Shown: one piece after another, positions 18,741 through 27,858 of the stretch | How the letters are laid out: the number at the start of each line of letters is the position of its first letter | Position numbering within the stretch: position 1 is the stretch's first letter | Origin: Candidatus Omnitrophota bacterium | GTDB lineage: Bacteria; Ratteibacteria; UBA8468; MWAK01 | DNA length: 58,388 nt | Reading direction: 5' to 3' | NCBI GenBank assembly: GCA_043797665.1 | Contig: JAZDPL010000027.1 | Location: forward strand, 1-58,388 | The notes under the pieces: generated by a model | The model's input: the letters and a program-made list of their open reading frames with translations, nothing else | The model's database searches: none | Told to the model about the DNA's origin: nothing | Made by a program: the position numbers and the translations under genes

Positions 18741-21411
18741 ATCGAAAAAATCAGCAGGAAGTGATTTGTTTCGTAAATTCAACGAACCCGGTCCATTGTC
18801 GCGGCCGGTGCCGTTCTGGTTCCTGGATGGTCAACTGACGCCGGAGGAGAGCGAATCCCAGATTTCGGAGATGAAATCCCAGGGAATACACGCGGCAATT
18901 CCCCTGAAGGCAGGCGGCGGCTTGAAACACCCATACCTGTCCGAATCCTGGTTCCAAGCGTTTGGCGATATCTTCCAGGCTGCTGGCCGGCACCAGTTTC
19001 AGGTCTGGCTTTACGACGAGGGAAACTGCCCAAGCGGCTCGGTGGAAAAACGCCTGGCGCAAAAGCAGGAATTCCAAGCAAAAGCAATCGTATGTGAACC
19101 TCGCTCCGTTTGGGGCACTTCGTCTGTAACGGTTCCGGAAGGCGTTCTTCTTGGGGTCTCCTTCCGCCGGTCCGATGGTACCTGGCGGGAAATCTCCGCC
19201 TGGATACAGCCGGAGGGTCTTGTCATCCCCAGGGGCGAGGAACGACCCGCGGCGGTCTATTTCTTTCTGGCCCGGCCGCATATTCTGGAACCGGGAAACT
19301 TTAACAGCGGAGATGTGGACCGCACCAATCCCAAAACCGTGGAATCATTTTTGAACCTGACACACCGGGAATACGAATGGAGATTCAAGGATAAGTTTGG
19401 TGACACGATCACCGCGGTCTTTACGGATGAACCGGCGATGTTTGAACAACCGGTATATGCTCATAATTTTAGGGAAGAGTTTCGTCGCCGCAAAGGATAC
19501 GATTTTCAGCCCTATCTCCCTTCTTTATTTTTTGATATTGGTCCAATAACTGTCAAAGTCCGCTGCGACTTTTACGACGTCACCTCTTCTCTCTATGCCG
19601 AGAACTTCTTCGGAAAAGCAGCCGAATGGTGCAAAGAACATAACCTGACCTATACCGGACACCTGTGGTCTGAAGAGCATCCCGATGTCATGATGACGCA
19701 TCAGGGGGATTTCTTCCACATCTACCGCTACATGGATTATCCGGGGATAGATTGTATTTCCGGCGGCCGGGCGGAAGTGAGAAAAGAGAATCCCTTAGTG
19801 ATAAAGGCGGCCTCTTCGGCTTCCCACCTTTACGGTAAGAAACGTACTATGTGCGAAGCATTTGCCGGTGTCACGCAGGCATTTTGTTACCAGGAGATGA
19901 AGTGGATGACCGACTGGTTGATGGTCTGCGGAGTAGACCTTATGGTCCCCCACATCATCTACTATACGGTGAGCGATAACTATTGGAATCCAAACATGTT
20001 CTTCCAGAATCCCGGCTGGCCGTATTTTCACCTCTATTCCGATTATGTGGGTAGGGTAAGCGAACTTTTGCAGTCCGGTGTCCACGTATCCGAAGTTGCG
20101 GTCCTCTACCCCCGGGATTCCATCTGGGCCAATACGACCGCTCCGCAGAGCGGGCTTAAAAAACATTATGTACGGGGAGACGGATACGGATATTTTGACA
20201 GCGTGCCGGAGTGCCCGCCGGCAATCGAACCCATCATCGAAGACCTGACTGCGGTCGTGGACGAACTTATTAACGAACAGGTTGACCTTGATTTCATCAG
20301 CGCCGAACTGCTGATTCAAGCCGCGGTTGAGGACGGCCGGTTAAAAATAGGAGATGAGAGCTATTCCACCCTTATTCTTCCCCGCATAACGGTCGAATCT
20401 GTCGAGACGATGCGAAAAATAGAAGAATTTGCCCGGAAAGGCGGCCGGGTGATCGCTTATGGTACGCTTCCCGAATATGCCAGCGACGGGGAAGACAAAA
20501 CCGGCAAACTTAAGGATATCGTGAGCCACCTCTTTTCTCCGGCCGGCAAGGCCGTATTTGTCAGGGATAACTACAGGAAAGTGGTTGAAGCGGTGACATC
20601 CCGGGATTTGGTAATTGACGTGGACTTTGTAAAGACCAGAGACCGTAACATCCATTATCAGCACCGCCGGGCCGGGGAGACAGACATCTACTTTCTGGTG
20701 AACCACTCCAGCCGCCGGGAAAAAGTACAAGCGTCATTCCAGGTTTCCGGTCAGCCTGAACTCTGGAACCCGGAAGACGGTCACGGCTGTCTTCTGACTG
20801 CGGCCCGGCAAGAAAACGGACGAACTGAATTAAAGTTGAACTTTGAGCCGTACCAGGCCTGCTTTATCATATTCCGTAAACAGGCCGATAAGACTCTACC
20901 CGCCTGGACCGAAGAATTCACGCCGATACTCCAGCTGGACGGGGAATGGGATATTGAGTTTCTTCCCAATTCGAGGCACAGGTTCTTGGGCCAGTTCGAC
21001 CGGCTCTTTACATTTCAGAATTATACAGAACCTTTAATGTCGTGGTCGAATTTGGGAATGCCGTGCTTCTCCGGCCGGGTGCGTTACACTAAAAAGTTCC
21101 TCCTGGCGGAAAAGCCCAAAGGAAGCGTGTGCCTTGATTTGGGAACGGTCAAACACAACGCGGAAGTCACGCTAAACGGAAAACCTCTCGGCGCACGGGT
21201 CTGGAAACCTTACCGTTTCAATGCCGGTGACGCCCTGCAGCCCGGTAAAAATCTTCTGGAGGTGGTTGTATCAAACACGCTGGCAAACCTCTTCTCTCAC
21301 CCGGGAATCAAAAAGCCCATAGGTTACGAATCTGCTTCCGGGTTCGTCACCGCAGAACGGCTCCAGTCAGGACTGCTGGGGCCGGTCAGATTATATGCTG
21401 CGAGATTGTGA
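18727..21411 (+). CDS. GH106-like (alpha-L-rhamnosidase-like) glycoside hydrolase
   Basis: Motifs RPVPFWF, WLYDEGNCPSG, FTDEP, GHLWSEE, PGIDCI, MCEAF, C-terminal SGLLGPV. Confidence 0.75.
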   Translation: MQKTKSKKSAGSDLFRKFNEPGPLSRPVPFWFLDGQLTPEESESQISEMKSQGIHAAIPLKAGGGLKHPYLSESWFQAFGDIFQAAGRHQFQVWLYDEGNCPSGSVEKRLAQKQEFQAKAIVCEPRSVWGTSSVTVPEGVLLGVSFRRSDGTWREISAWIQPEGLVIPRGEERPAAVYFFLARPHILEPGNFNSGDVDRTNPKTVESFLNLTHREYEWRFKDKFGDTITAVFTDEPAMFEQPVYAHNFREEFRRRKGYDFQPYLPSLFFDIGPITVKVRCDFYDVTSSLYAENFFGKAAEWCKEHNLTYTGHLWSEEHPDVMMTHQGDFFHIYRYMDYPGIDCISGGRAEVRKENPLVIKAASSASHLYGKKRTMCEAFAGVTQAFCYQEMKWMTDWLMVCGVDLMVPHIIYYTVSDNYWNPNMFFQNPGWPYFHLYSDYVGRVSELLQSGVHVSEVAVLYPRDSIWANTTAPQSGLKKHYVRGDGYGYFDSVPECPPAIEPIIEDLTAVVDELINEQVDLDFISAELLIQAAVEDGRLKIGDESYSTLILPRITVESVETMRKIEEFARKGGRVIAYGTLPEYASDGEDKTGKLKDIVSHLFSPAGKAVFVRDNYRKVVEAVTSRDLVIDVDFVKTRDRNIHYQHRRAGETDIYFLVNHSSRREKVQASFQVSGQPELWNPEDGHGCLLTAARQENGRTELKLNFEPYQACFIIFRKQADKTLPAWTEEFTPILQLDGEWDIEFLPNSRHRFLGQFDRLFTFQNYTEPLMSWSNLGMPCFSGRVRYTKKFLLAEKPKGSVCLDLGTVKHNAEVTLNGKPLGARVWKPYRFNAGDALQPGKNLLEVVVSNTLANLFSHPGIKKPIGYESASGFVTAERLQSGLLGPVRLYAARL

Positions 21412-21433
21412 AAAAACATCAACCGCGTCTTGA
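21402..21433 (+). repeat. 32-bp exact direct repeat, copy A
   Basis: gagattgtgaaaaaacatcaaccgcgtcttga is identical to 22376-22407 (from codon 8 of the URO-D gene). It contains the stop of 18727-21411. Confidence 0.9.
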
Positions 21434-21540
21434 GGAAAGACACCTTTTTTCTTTCTCAGCCCTGTGATATAGAAGCGGTAAATGATAAATAGTGAATTGT
21501 GAATAGTGAATGTTTAACAATGTAAAAAGGAGGCAAAAAA

Positions 21541-22203
21541 ATGGCACGGATAAAGAAAGCGGTACGGAAAGCATTGGGATTCGCTCTGATTGAACTGCTG
21601 GTGGTCATCGTTATAATCTCACTTTTGGCGGCGATGCTATTGCCGGCACTCAGCCAGGCAAGAGGGAAAACCACACAGGAGGTCTGCGTTGACAACCTGA
21701 AACAAATAGGGCAGGCTTTCGCGATGTACCTTCAGGATTACGACGGTTGGGTTTTTCCCGTGGCCGATAACACCTTTTGGTTCCAAAAGTTATGTCCGGT
21801 CTATGCGTCAAATGTAAAGACGTTTGAATGTCCCAGTTCGCTGAGTGAGCGTCCTGACAGAAAACAGACGCCTCCCAATCTTAACACTCAAATAGGTTAC
21901 GGATATGACGGCAATGACTTGGCCCGGGGGGGCGCTTGGGGATGGATGAAGATGGGACAGATTAAAAAACCATCTAATACCGGGGTTATCATGGATTCCT
22001 TTGGTAATAGCGTAGATGTGATCGGTGGATATACAGGGGCAAATTCCTACACCGTTTCCCCTGATGGTATGGCGTACCAACTTCCTTCCGGCCGGCATAA
22101 TGACGGAGCCAACGTGCTCTTCTTTGACTGGCACGTGGCGTGGTACTTGACAAGTTACATTGAGTCTCAAAATCATGCCGGAGAAATGTGGGATAGATTG
22201 TAA
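21541..22203 (+). CDS. Prepilin-type DUF1559-like protein, copy 2 (near-identical paralogue of 9527-10180)
   Basis: Long identical nucleotide stretches with copy 1, including flanks. N-terminus ALGFALIELLVV. Confidence 0.88.
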   Translation: MARIKKAVRKALGFALIELLVVIVIISLLAAMLLPALSQARGKTTQEVCVDNLKQIGQAFAMYLQDYDGWVFPVADNTFWFQKLCPVYASNVKTFECPSSLSERPDRKQTPPNLNTQIGYGYDGNDLARGGAWGWMKMGQIKKPSNTGVIMDSFGNSVDVIGGYTGANSYTVSPDGMAYQLPSGRHNDGANVLFFDWHVAWYLTSYIESQNHAGEMWDRL

Positions 22204-22354
22204 TAAATAACCCGCAGAAAAGATTGAGGCGCCGGCTTTAGCGATAAGATACCCCCGGCGGCACCCATCGGTTTCTTGGCCGTTAATGATGCTGAGGGTA
22301 TCTTTAATTCTATAAGCCAATGATTTTCTGAACGCTTCCATATCTTATAAGATT

Positions 22355-23467
22355 ATGTCTGCTATTAATGTACCTGAGATTGTGAAAAAACATCAACCGC
22401 GTCTTGAAGAACGCAGAAAACGGCTTGAAAAATTCTGGTCAGGCGGAGATATCGGACGACCCCCCATTTCTTTTATCCCGGGGAATTTATCACCCAGGCA
22501 GATTTATGACGACGAAACAAAACAACTAGATTGTATGGCAAAATATTTTCAAGCAGTTTTGGCGTTTCCCGGAGATACCATACCCATTTTCTGGCCGGAC
22601 ATGGGAACTGTTTCTCTTGCTTCCACATTTGGCGGGACAATTATCAGAGAAGGGACCGGAGAAAAACAATGGATAAAACCGGTTTTATCCTCCCTGGAAG
22701 AAGTTGTATATCTTGAACCATCTAAACCAATAAGCAATCTGGTAAAAAAGGAATTTGACCGATGCTGCCGGTGGCGTGACATAACGAAAGGGCTTTCATG
22801 CGTTGCGCCACCGGATATGCAAGGGCCGGTAAATATTGCATGTATGCTGATAGACACATCGGAATTACTTGTCGGCATGTATACCTGTCCGGAACTGGTC
22901 CACCGTCTACTTCGTACCTGCACAGACCTGATTCTTAAGGTGTTGGAATCCTACAAAATTGAGTTTGGCAAAGCCTTTGCTCCCATAACATGGCCCTTGG
23001 TTTGGTTTCCTTGTGGATACGGTTTGACGCTTACGCAGGATTCAATACCTTTTCTTTCGCCTAACCTATACCGGGAATTCGAACTTCCTTATGTGCAGGA
23101 AATATCAAGAGCGATGGGCGGGGTTTATATGCATTGCTGCGGTAGATTGGAACACGTTCTCGGCGAAGTAAAGAAAGTAGATAACCTTAGGGGTATTGAC
23201 CACGCCTACCCGGAGTCTCATCTTGAGAAAATCTTGCAGAACCTGGGTAACCATATCACCGTTACCTCCAATATAGCGAGCCGAGGTGAAAAAGATTTTT
23301 CCACCTACGACCTTTATGTCCAATATCTGTTGCCCCGCCTACCAAAAGGAACCAGAATGTGGCATATTCTACCGGCTGACCAACCGGAAATTACGATAAA
23401 AACCTTGAATATACTTGGACTTTCTGAAGTTTGCGAAGAATACCAAGCCGCATTGAAGGTAAGATGA
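22355..23467 (+). CDS. Uroporphyrinogen decarboxylase / MtaA-CmuA-like family protein
   Basis: Motifs PDMQGP, LSPNLYREFELPY, MHCCG. Confidence 0.7.
   Translation: MSAINVPEIVKKHQPRLEERRKRLEKFWSGGDIGRPPISFIPGNLSPRQIYDDETKQLDCMAKYFQAVLAFPGDTIPIFWPDMGTVSLASTFGGTIIREGTGEKQWIKPVLSSLEEVVYLEPSKPISNLVKKEFDRCCRWRDITKGLSCVAPPDMQGPVNIACMLIDTSELLVGMYTCPELVHRLLRTCTDLILKVLESYKIEFGKAFAPITWPLVWFPCGYGLTLTQDSIPFLSPNLYREFELPYVQEISRAMGGVYMHCCGRLEHVLGEVKKVDNLRGIDHAYPESHLEKILQNLGNHITVTSNIASRGEKDFSTYDLYVQYLLPRLPKGTRMWHILPADQPEITIKTLNILGLSEVCEEYQAALKVR
22376..22407 (+). repeat. 32-bp exact direct repeat, copy B
   Basis: Identical to 21402-21433. Confidence 0.9.
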
Positions 23468-24546
23468 ACAACCGGGAAAGATTTATGAAAACAATGCATT
23501 ATGAAAAGGTTGATCATCCGCCTTTTTATCCAGATTCGCCATGGGAGGAGACAAAGGAAAGGTGGTATAGGGAAGGTTACCCTCAAAATGTGAGCTTAGA
23601 CGATTTTTTGGAGACAGAACGTTTGAATCCTAAATTGCTCCCCATTGATACCTGGTTAATTCCATCTTTTAAAACTAAGGTCGTATCCGAAGATGAAAAA
23701 GAGGTTATCAGGATTAACCAGTATGGTGCAACCATTAAAACCTTTAAGAATTCCCCCCATCAGTCACAGTGGCTTGATTATGTCGTCAAAACCGAATCAG
23801 ACTTACTGGGTCTCGTTGACCGGTTAAAGCCTGACATGGAAAAGAGAATTCCGAAGAATTGGGAGAAAACCAAGAAGACCTGGGCGGAGGATCCAAATTC
23901 GGTTACCATGGCGTGGGGCGGCAGTTATTTTGATAGTCTGAGAAATCTTATGGGACTGGAGAGATTGTGCCTAATGTTTTATGACTCGCCGGGTGCGATT
24001 AAAAAATTCTTGGATGCATATCATAATATTGTTATGGCCGTTTTGGAAACGACTCTTGGTGAAGTCCGGATTGACTGCATTCAGTTCGCTGAAGACTTTG
24101 CCTATAAGACCTCATTATTACTTTCTCCGGATATGTATCAGGAATTTATTCTGCCCAAACATAAGACCTTAACCGACTTTGCGCGAAAACGGGGTGTTGA
24201 CATTTTCTATTTCGACAGCGACGGAAATCTTGACAGAATACTTCCTTATTTACTTAAAGGCGGCATTAATCTCATTTTCCCAGTCGAGTGTGCGGCCGGC
24301 ATGGATCCTTTGGTGCTGCGAAAAAAGTACGGGAGAACTCTCCGGATGATCGGAGGCATCGATAAAATGAAAATCGCTAAAGGGAAGGAATCTATTGAGC
24401 AGGAACTCAACAAAAAAATTCCGCCGCTTATTAGAGAGGGCGGATATATACCCTGCATCGACCATTCGGTATCTTCGGATATTTCACTGGAAAACTTCGT
24501 TTACTACGTAGATTTGTTAAAGAAAATTTACGGCGTGCATAAATAG
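23464..24546 (+). CDS. Uroporphyrinogen decarboxylase family protein
   Basis: MNNRERF start with ATGA overlap. Motifs RNLMGLE, EDFAYK, LSPDMYQEF, DSDGN, GGIDK, GGYIPCIDH. Confidence 0.8.
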   Translation: MNNRERFMKTMHYEKVDHPPFYPDSPWEETKERWYREGYPQNVSLDDFLETERLNPKLLPIDTWLIPSFKTKVVSEDEKEVIRINQYGATIKTFKNSPHQSQWLDYVVKTESDLLGLVDRLKPDMEKRIPKNWEKTKKTWAEDPNSVTMAWGGSYFDSLRNLMGLERLCLMFYDSPGAIKKFLDAYHNIVMAVLETTLGEVRIDCIQFAEDFAYKTSLLLSPDMYQEFILPKHKTLTDFARKRGVDIFYFDSDGNLDRILPYLLKGGINLIFPVECAAGMDPLVLRKKYGRTLRMIGGIDKMKIAKGKESIEQELNKKIPPLIREGGYIPCIDHSVSSDISLENFVYYVDLLKKIYGVHK

Positions 24547-24728
24547 ATGGTTGTAGGAAAGATTGAAAACTCCGGTGATATTATCGGGGAAGAGGGGTAA
24601 AGGGGAGGCTTTATGAGAGGTGAAAAAATGAGTACTCGGTTGAAGAATCCTTTAGAATTTGAGATTTCCGAATGTAAGTTCGTGCATTAAAATGGTCACT
24701 GTGTTTGTCAAGTAGACATCTTTTCGAA

Positions 24729-25081
24729 TTGCCTCCGCGCTGATAAAGTTCAAGGACGGCAAAACCATACATTTCGAAACGACCTGGGAATCGCATATTA
24801 AAAAGGAGGATTTTTCCATTTCCATCCTGGGAACCAAAGCCGGTGCAGAAACTTCGCCGCTAAGAACCTACCAGAAAGAAGGCGGCATCCCCACCGAAAC
24901 CGTGTATAACCTTCCACCCGGCGAAGCACCTGCGGTCCGGACCAGTATCGGCCATTTTGTTGAGTGCGTTACCAAAAGAAAGGAGCCGATTACCTCTCCG
25001 GAAGAAGGACTGCGGGTGATGCGCATCCTGGACGCCATTTATCGTTCCAGCCGGACCGGCAAGGAAGTGCGCCTTAAATAA
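24729..25081 (+). pseudogene. 5'-truncated duplicate of the Gfo/Idh/MocA gene 3' end
   Basis: Gap-free match to 6969-7321 (offset 17760) with 14 mismatches in 353 bp by manual count. No start codon; ends at the homologous TAA. Confidence 0.9.
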
Positions 25082-25133
25082 ATCTACACCAGGGTGATAT
25101 CCACCGGATACCGAAAAAAAGCCTACTGAAACC
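25081..25133 (+). pseudogene. Collapsed AraC remnant: 21-bp internal fragment fused to the 3'-end repeat (copy 2)
   Basis: aatctacaccagggtgatatc equals 7506-7526 and runs straight into caccggataccgaaaaaaagcctactgaaacc. Confidence 0.8.
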
Positions 25134-25232
25134 CATCTTCTACAGTTGAATTTTAAAAAACCTATTTCTCAATCTACCTCCGCCTTCTGGAAGGCACCAG
25201 GGCATGGGCCCGGTCTGGTAAGCTAAAAACAC

Positions 25233-25262
25233 TTGACGGAATTTTAAAGATAGTGGTATGCT
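25233..25262 (+). promoter_or_regulatory. Sigma70-type promoter of the DUF2281/PIN module
   Basis: TTGACG, 18-nt spacer, TATGCT with TG extension. Confidence 0.65.
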
Positions 25263-25283
25263 ATTCTTGCGGAGGAAAAAGAT

Positions 25284-25487
25284 ATGCAAACAATAGAAGA
25301 AATGGTGAAACGGTTACCCCCAGAATTTCAGGTGGAAGTGGCTAATTTTGTAGAATTTTTGCTGAAAAAGAGGCAACCAACGCAAAAAAACCTGCGTTTA
25401 ACCTGGGCCGGTGGTCTCCAGGAATTTCGGGGGAAGTTTACCTCTTTACAATTGCAGAAAAAGGCGGTGGAGTGGTGGGGCGATTGA
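25284..25487 (+). CDS. DUF2281-like putative antitoxin
   Basis: LPPEFQVEVANFVEFLLKK...WAGGL. RBS GGAGG. Abuts the PIN gene. Confidence 0.75.
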   Translation: MQTIEEMVKRLPPEFQVEVANFVEFLLKKRQPTQKNLRLTWAGGLQEFRGKFTSLQLQKKAVEWWGD

Positions 25488-25907
25488 ATGTATCTTGTTG
25501 ATACTAATGTCTGGCTGGAATTACTACTGAACCAGGAGAGAGCAGAAGAGGTGCGGTCTTTTTTCAAAATGGGTGATGCCTCTCTTTTAGCCATCACAGA
25601 ATTTTCTCTCTATTCCATTGCAGTCATTCTAACCCAACTTAAAAAGGATGCCCTCTTCCAAAATTTTCTCACAGACACCCTTTTGGACTCTGGAGTTATG
25701 CGTATCTGTCTGCAGATTGAAGACTTTAGTGATATCATTGAGTTTCGTCAGCACTTTTTCCTTGATTTTGATGATGCCTACCAATACGTTGCTTCCCAGA
25801 AACACAATTTTTCCTTGGTAAGTTTTGACAGTGATTTTGACCGCACCCCCCGTGGTCGGAAAACCCCAGCCGAAATTCTTGCAGATAAAAACCCGCTGGC
25901 TTTCTAA
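25488..25907 (+). CDS. PIN-domain (VapC-like) ribonuclease toxin
   Basis: Acidic PIN motifs YLVDTNVWLE, LDFDDAYQY, LVSFDSDFD. Confidence 0.88.
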   Translation: MYLVDTNVWLELLLNQERAEEVRSFFKMGDASLLAITEFSLYSIAVILTQLKKDALFQNFLTDTLLDSGVMRICLQIEDFSDIIEFRQHFFLDFDDAYQYVASQKHNFSLVSFDSDFDRTPRGRKTPAEILADKNPLAF

Positions 25908-25939
25908 AGATAGAAATTTTACTCTTCCTCGTCTCTTTT

Positions 25940-25974
25940 CCCCCACCGAATACCGAAAAAAACCCATTGAAACC
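25940..25974 (+). repeat. AraC-3'-end direct repeat, copy 3
   Basis: cccccaccgaataccgaaaaaaacccattgaaacc. Confidence 0.9.
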
Positions 25975-25979
25975 AAGGC

Positions 25980-26008
25980 TTGACTTTAACAAACAATAAC
26001 ATTATAAT
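25980..26008 (+). promoter_or_regulatory. Sigma70-type promoter of the ATPase gene (probably leaderless)
   Basis: TTGACT, 17-nt spacer, TATAAT. ATG 26017 lies 8 nt after the -10 with no SD. Confidence 0.8.
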
Positions 26009-26016
26009 GTAATTGT

Positions 26017-27318
26017 ATGTTAAATTTAATGACATTCAACCGCTGGTGGGATACCGGACGGGTTGAGCCAATCTATCTCAAACCTTACAAAAGGCCCTTA
26101 TTTTTTGAACTAATAAAATTCTTAGACACCAGACAGATTCTTTTAATCTATGGCCTGAGACGAGTAGGAAAAACAACCTTAATGTACCAGTTGATAGATT
26201 TTCTTTTGGAAAAAGGGACGGAAAAGAAAATAATTCTTTACTTCTCTTTTGATGAAAGAATCTCTTCTTTAGAGGAACTCTTTAGGACCTATGTAGAACT
26301 TGTGCTGGGAAAGGACATCTTAAAAGAAAACCGAGTCTATGTCTTCTTGGACGAAATCCAAAAATTACCCGATTGGCAAAATCAGTTAAAACTCTTTTAT
26401 GACCTATATCCCAACGTAAAATTTGTCGTCTCTGGTTCAGCCAGTCTCATAATAGCCAAAGGAACTAACGAAACACTGGCGGGAAGGGTGTACGAATTTA
26501 TCTTGTCCCTTCTGAACTTTCCTGAGTATCTAAGTCTGGTTGGTCCAAATGTCCCGCCGTTTCACGACATCTTTGATTTTTCAACTCTTAAGGAAATTTA
26601 CCTGAAGAGAGACAGTCTCTCCCCTTTTTTCTTTTCTTATCTTAAAAAGGGAGGGTTTATTGAAATCGCTACCGAGGAAGATGATTTAAAGATTAAAGAA
26701 TACGCAAAGTCTATTCTGGATAAGATGGTCTTTGGAGATATTCCCTTAAGTTTCAGTTTGAGAGAACCACAGGTTTTGAAAACAATCGTAGAACTTGTCG
26801 CTTCAAACCCTGGCTTTCTCCTTGATTATTCAAAACTGGCGGAAACTTTAAATAAGGACCAGCGAGTAGTTGCCAACTATATCTTTTATCTCAAATATTC
26901 GCTACTGGTAAAACTTCTTTATAACTTTTCTCCGTCCAAATTTGTCAGCGAAAGAAAACTTAAAAAAATCTACCTTATTTCCACAAACTTTATCTACCAA
27001 CTTTTCTCTGAAAGGTTTAGTAATCCGGACTTTGTCGGCAAAATCGTTGAGAACTTGGTGGTTACTTCTTCTCAGAGTACATTCTTCTGGCGGGAACGCC
27101 AGGCAGAGGTAGACCTGGTCATGTCCGAGACAATCCCTTTAGAAATTAAGTATAAAAATACCTTAGATAAAGACGATGTAAATGGGATTTTAAGGTTTGC
27201 TGACCGGTTTAAATCACGAAAAGCTATCATCCTAACCAAAGAAATACTGAAGGAAGATAAAATTGAAGGTCTGCCCGTCTATTTTATACCGGTGTGGCTT
27301 TACCTTCTGAAAACTTAA
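26017..27318 (+). CDS. AAA+ superfamily ATP-binding protein (AAA_14 / DUF4143 type)
   Basis: Walker A GLRRVGKT, Walker B FLDEIQ, VSGSAS, LAGR. C-terminal EVDLV...PLEIK (PD-(D/E)xK-like). Confidence 0.85.
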   Translation: MLNLMTFNRWWDTGRVEPIYLKPYKRPLFFELIKFLDTRQILLIYGLRRVGKTTLMYQLIDFLLEKGTEKKIILYFSFDERISSLEELFRTYVELVLGKDILKENRVYVFLDEIQKLPDWQNQLKLFYDLYPNVKFVVSGSASLIIAKGTNETLAGRVYEFILSLLNFPEYLSLVGPNVPPFHDIFDFSTLKEIYLKRDSLSPFFFSYLKKGGFIEIATEEDDLKIKEYAKSILDKMVFGDIPLSFSLREPQVLKTIVELVASNPGFLLDYSKLAETLNKDQRVVANYIFYLKYSLLVKLLYNFSPSKFVSERKLKKIYLISTNFIYQLFSERFSNPDFVGKIVENLVVTSSQSTFFWRERQAEVDLVMSETIPLEIKYKNTLDKDDVNGILRFADRFKSRKAIILTKEILKEDKIEGLPVYFIPVWLYLLKT

Positions 27319-27347
27319 TCAGTCTTAAAAAAAGCGGGTCCCGCCGG

Positions 27348-27383
27348 CCCCCACCGGATACCGAAAAAAAGCACACGGAAACC
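27348..27383 (+). repeat. AraC-3'-end direct repeat, copy 4
   Basis: cccccaccggataccgaaaaaaagcacacggaaacc. Confidence 0.88.
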
Positions 27384-27393
27384 AAAATTTAGT

Positions 27394-27423
27394 TTGCTTA
27401 AAAAAGGCAAGAAGTGGTATACT
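27394..27423 (+). promoter_or_regulatory. Sigma70-type promoter of the MNT/HEPN module
   Basis: TTGCTT, 18-nt spacer, TATACT with TG extension. Confidence 0.6.
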
Positions 27424-27462
27424 TGACGAAGATTGGGTTGGAAGTGAACGTTGAGGTATGAT

Positions 27463-27858
27463 ATGCAGTTTGAAGGGATAACAAAGATTGCACAAGACTT
27501 CAGTCTTTCTGCAGTAATTTTATTCGGTTCGCGTCTCCCCGAGAAAACGAGGTTTAAAAATGATTATGACTTCGCGGTTCTTATTCCGACTCAAAAATTG
27601 GAAGTGGATAAGGAATTATCTCTTATTTGCAAATTCTCGCAACTTTTAAAAACAGATAATTTTGATTTAGTAGTATTAAACTTTGCTTCCCCTCTTCTTC
27701 AATATGAAGTTGCCCGGGGAGGCAAGGTGATTTACGAAAGAAAACCAGGGCTGTTTAATAGATTCAGATGGCATGCTATCCAAAGGTGGAACGATAACAA
27801 AAAATTTCACGCATTAAAAACAAAATACATTAACGAGTATTTAAAAGGAAATGGTTGA
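27463..27858 (+). CDS. Minimal nucleotidyltransferase antitoxin (MntA-like)
   Basis: GS-X10-DXD motif (GSRLPEKTRFKNDYD) and DLVVLN..SPLL. GAGGT precedes ATG 27463. Confidence 0.8.
   Translation: MQFEGITKIAQDFSLSAVILFGSRLPEKTRFKNDYDFAVLIPTQKLEVDKELSLICKFSQLLKTDNFDLVVLNFASPLLQYEVARGGKVIYERKPGLFNRFRWHAIQRWNDNKKFHALKTKYINEYLKGNG

Noticed and set aside
21488..21512. Short 7-mer tandem repeats (aatagtg/aattgtg) upstream of prepilin copy 2
   Set aside because: Only about three imperfect units and no function can be inferred.
9527..22203. Diversity-generating retroelement TR/VR pair (prepilin duplicates or oxidoreductase tail)
   Set aside because: Differences are not adenine-specific, include indels, and no reverse transcriptase is present.
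22243..22323. Possible gene fragment (KIPPAAPIGFLAVNDAEGIFNSISQ*) between prepilin 2 and URO-D
   Set aside because: Too short, has no start and matches nothing else in the window, so it cannot be supported without a search.
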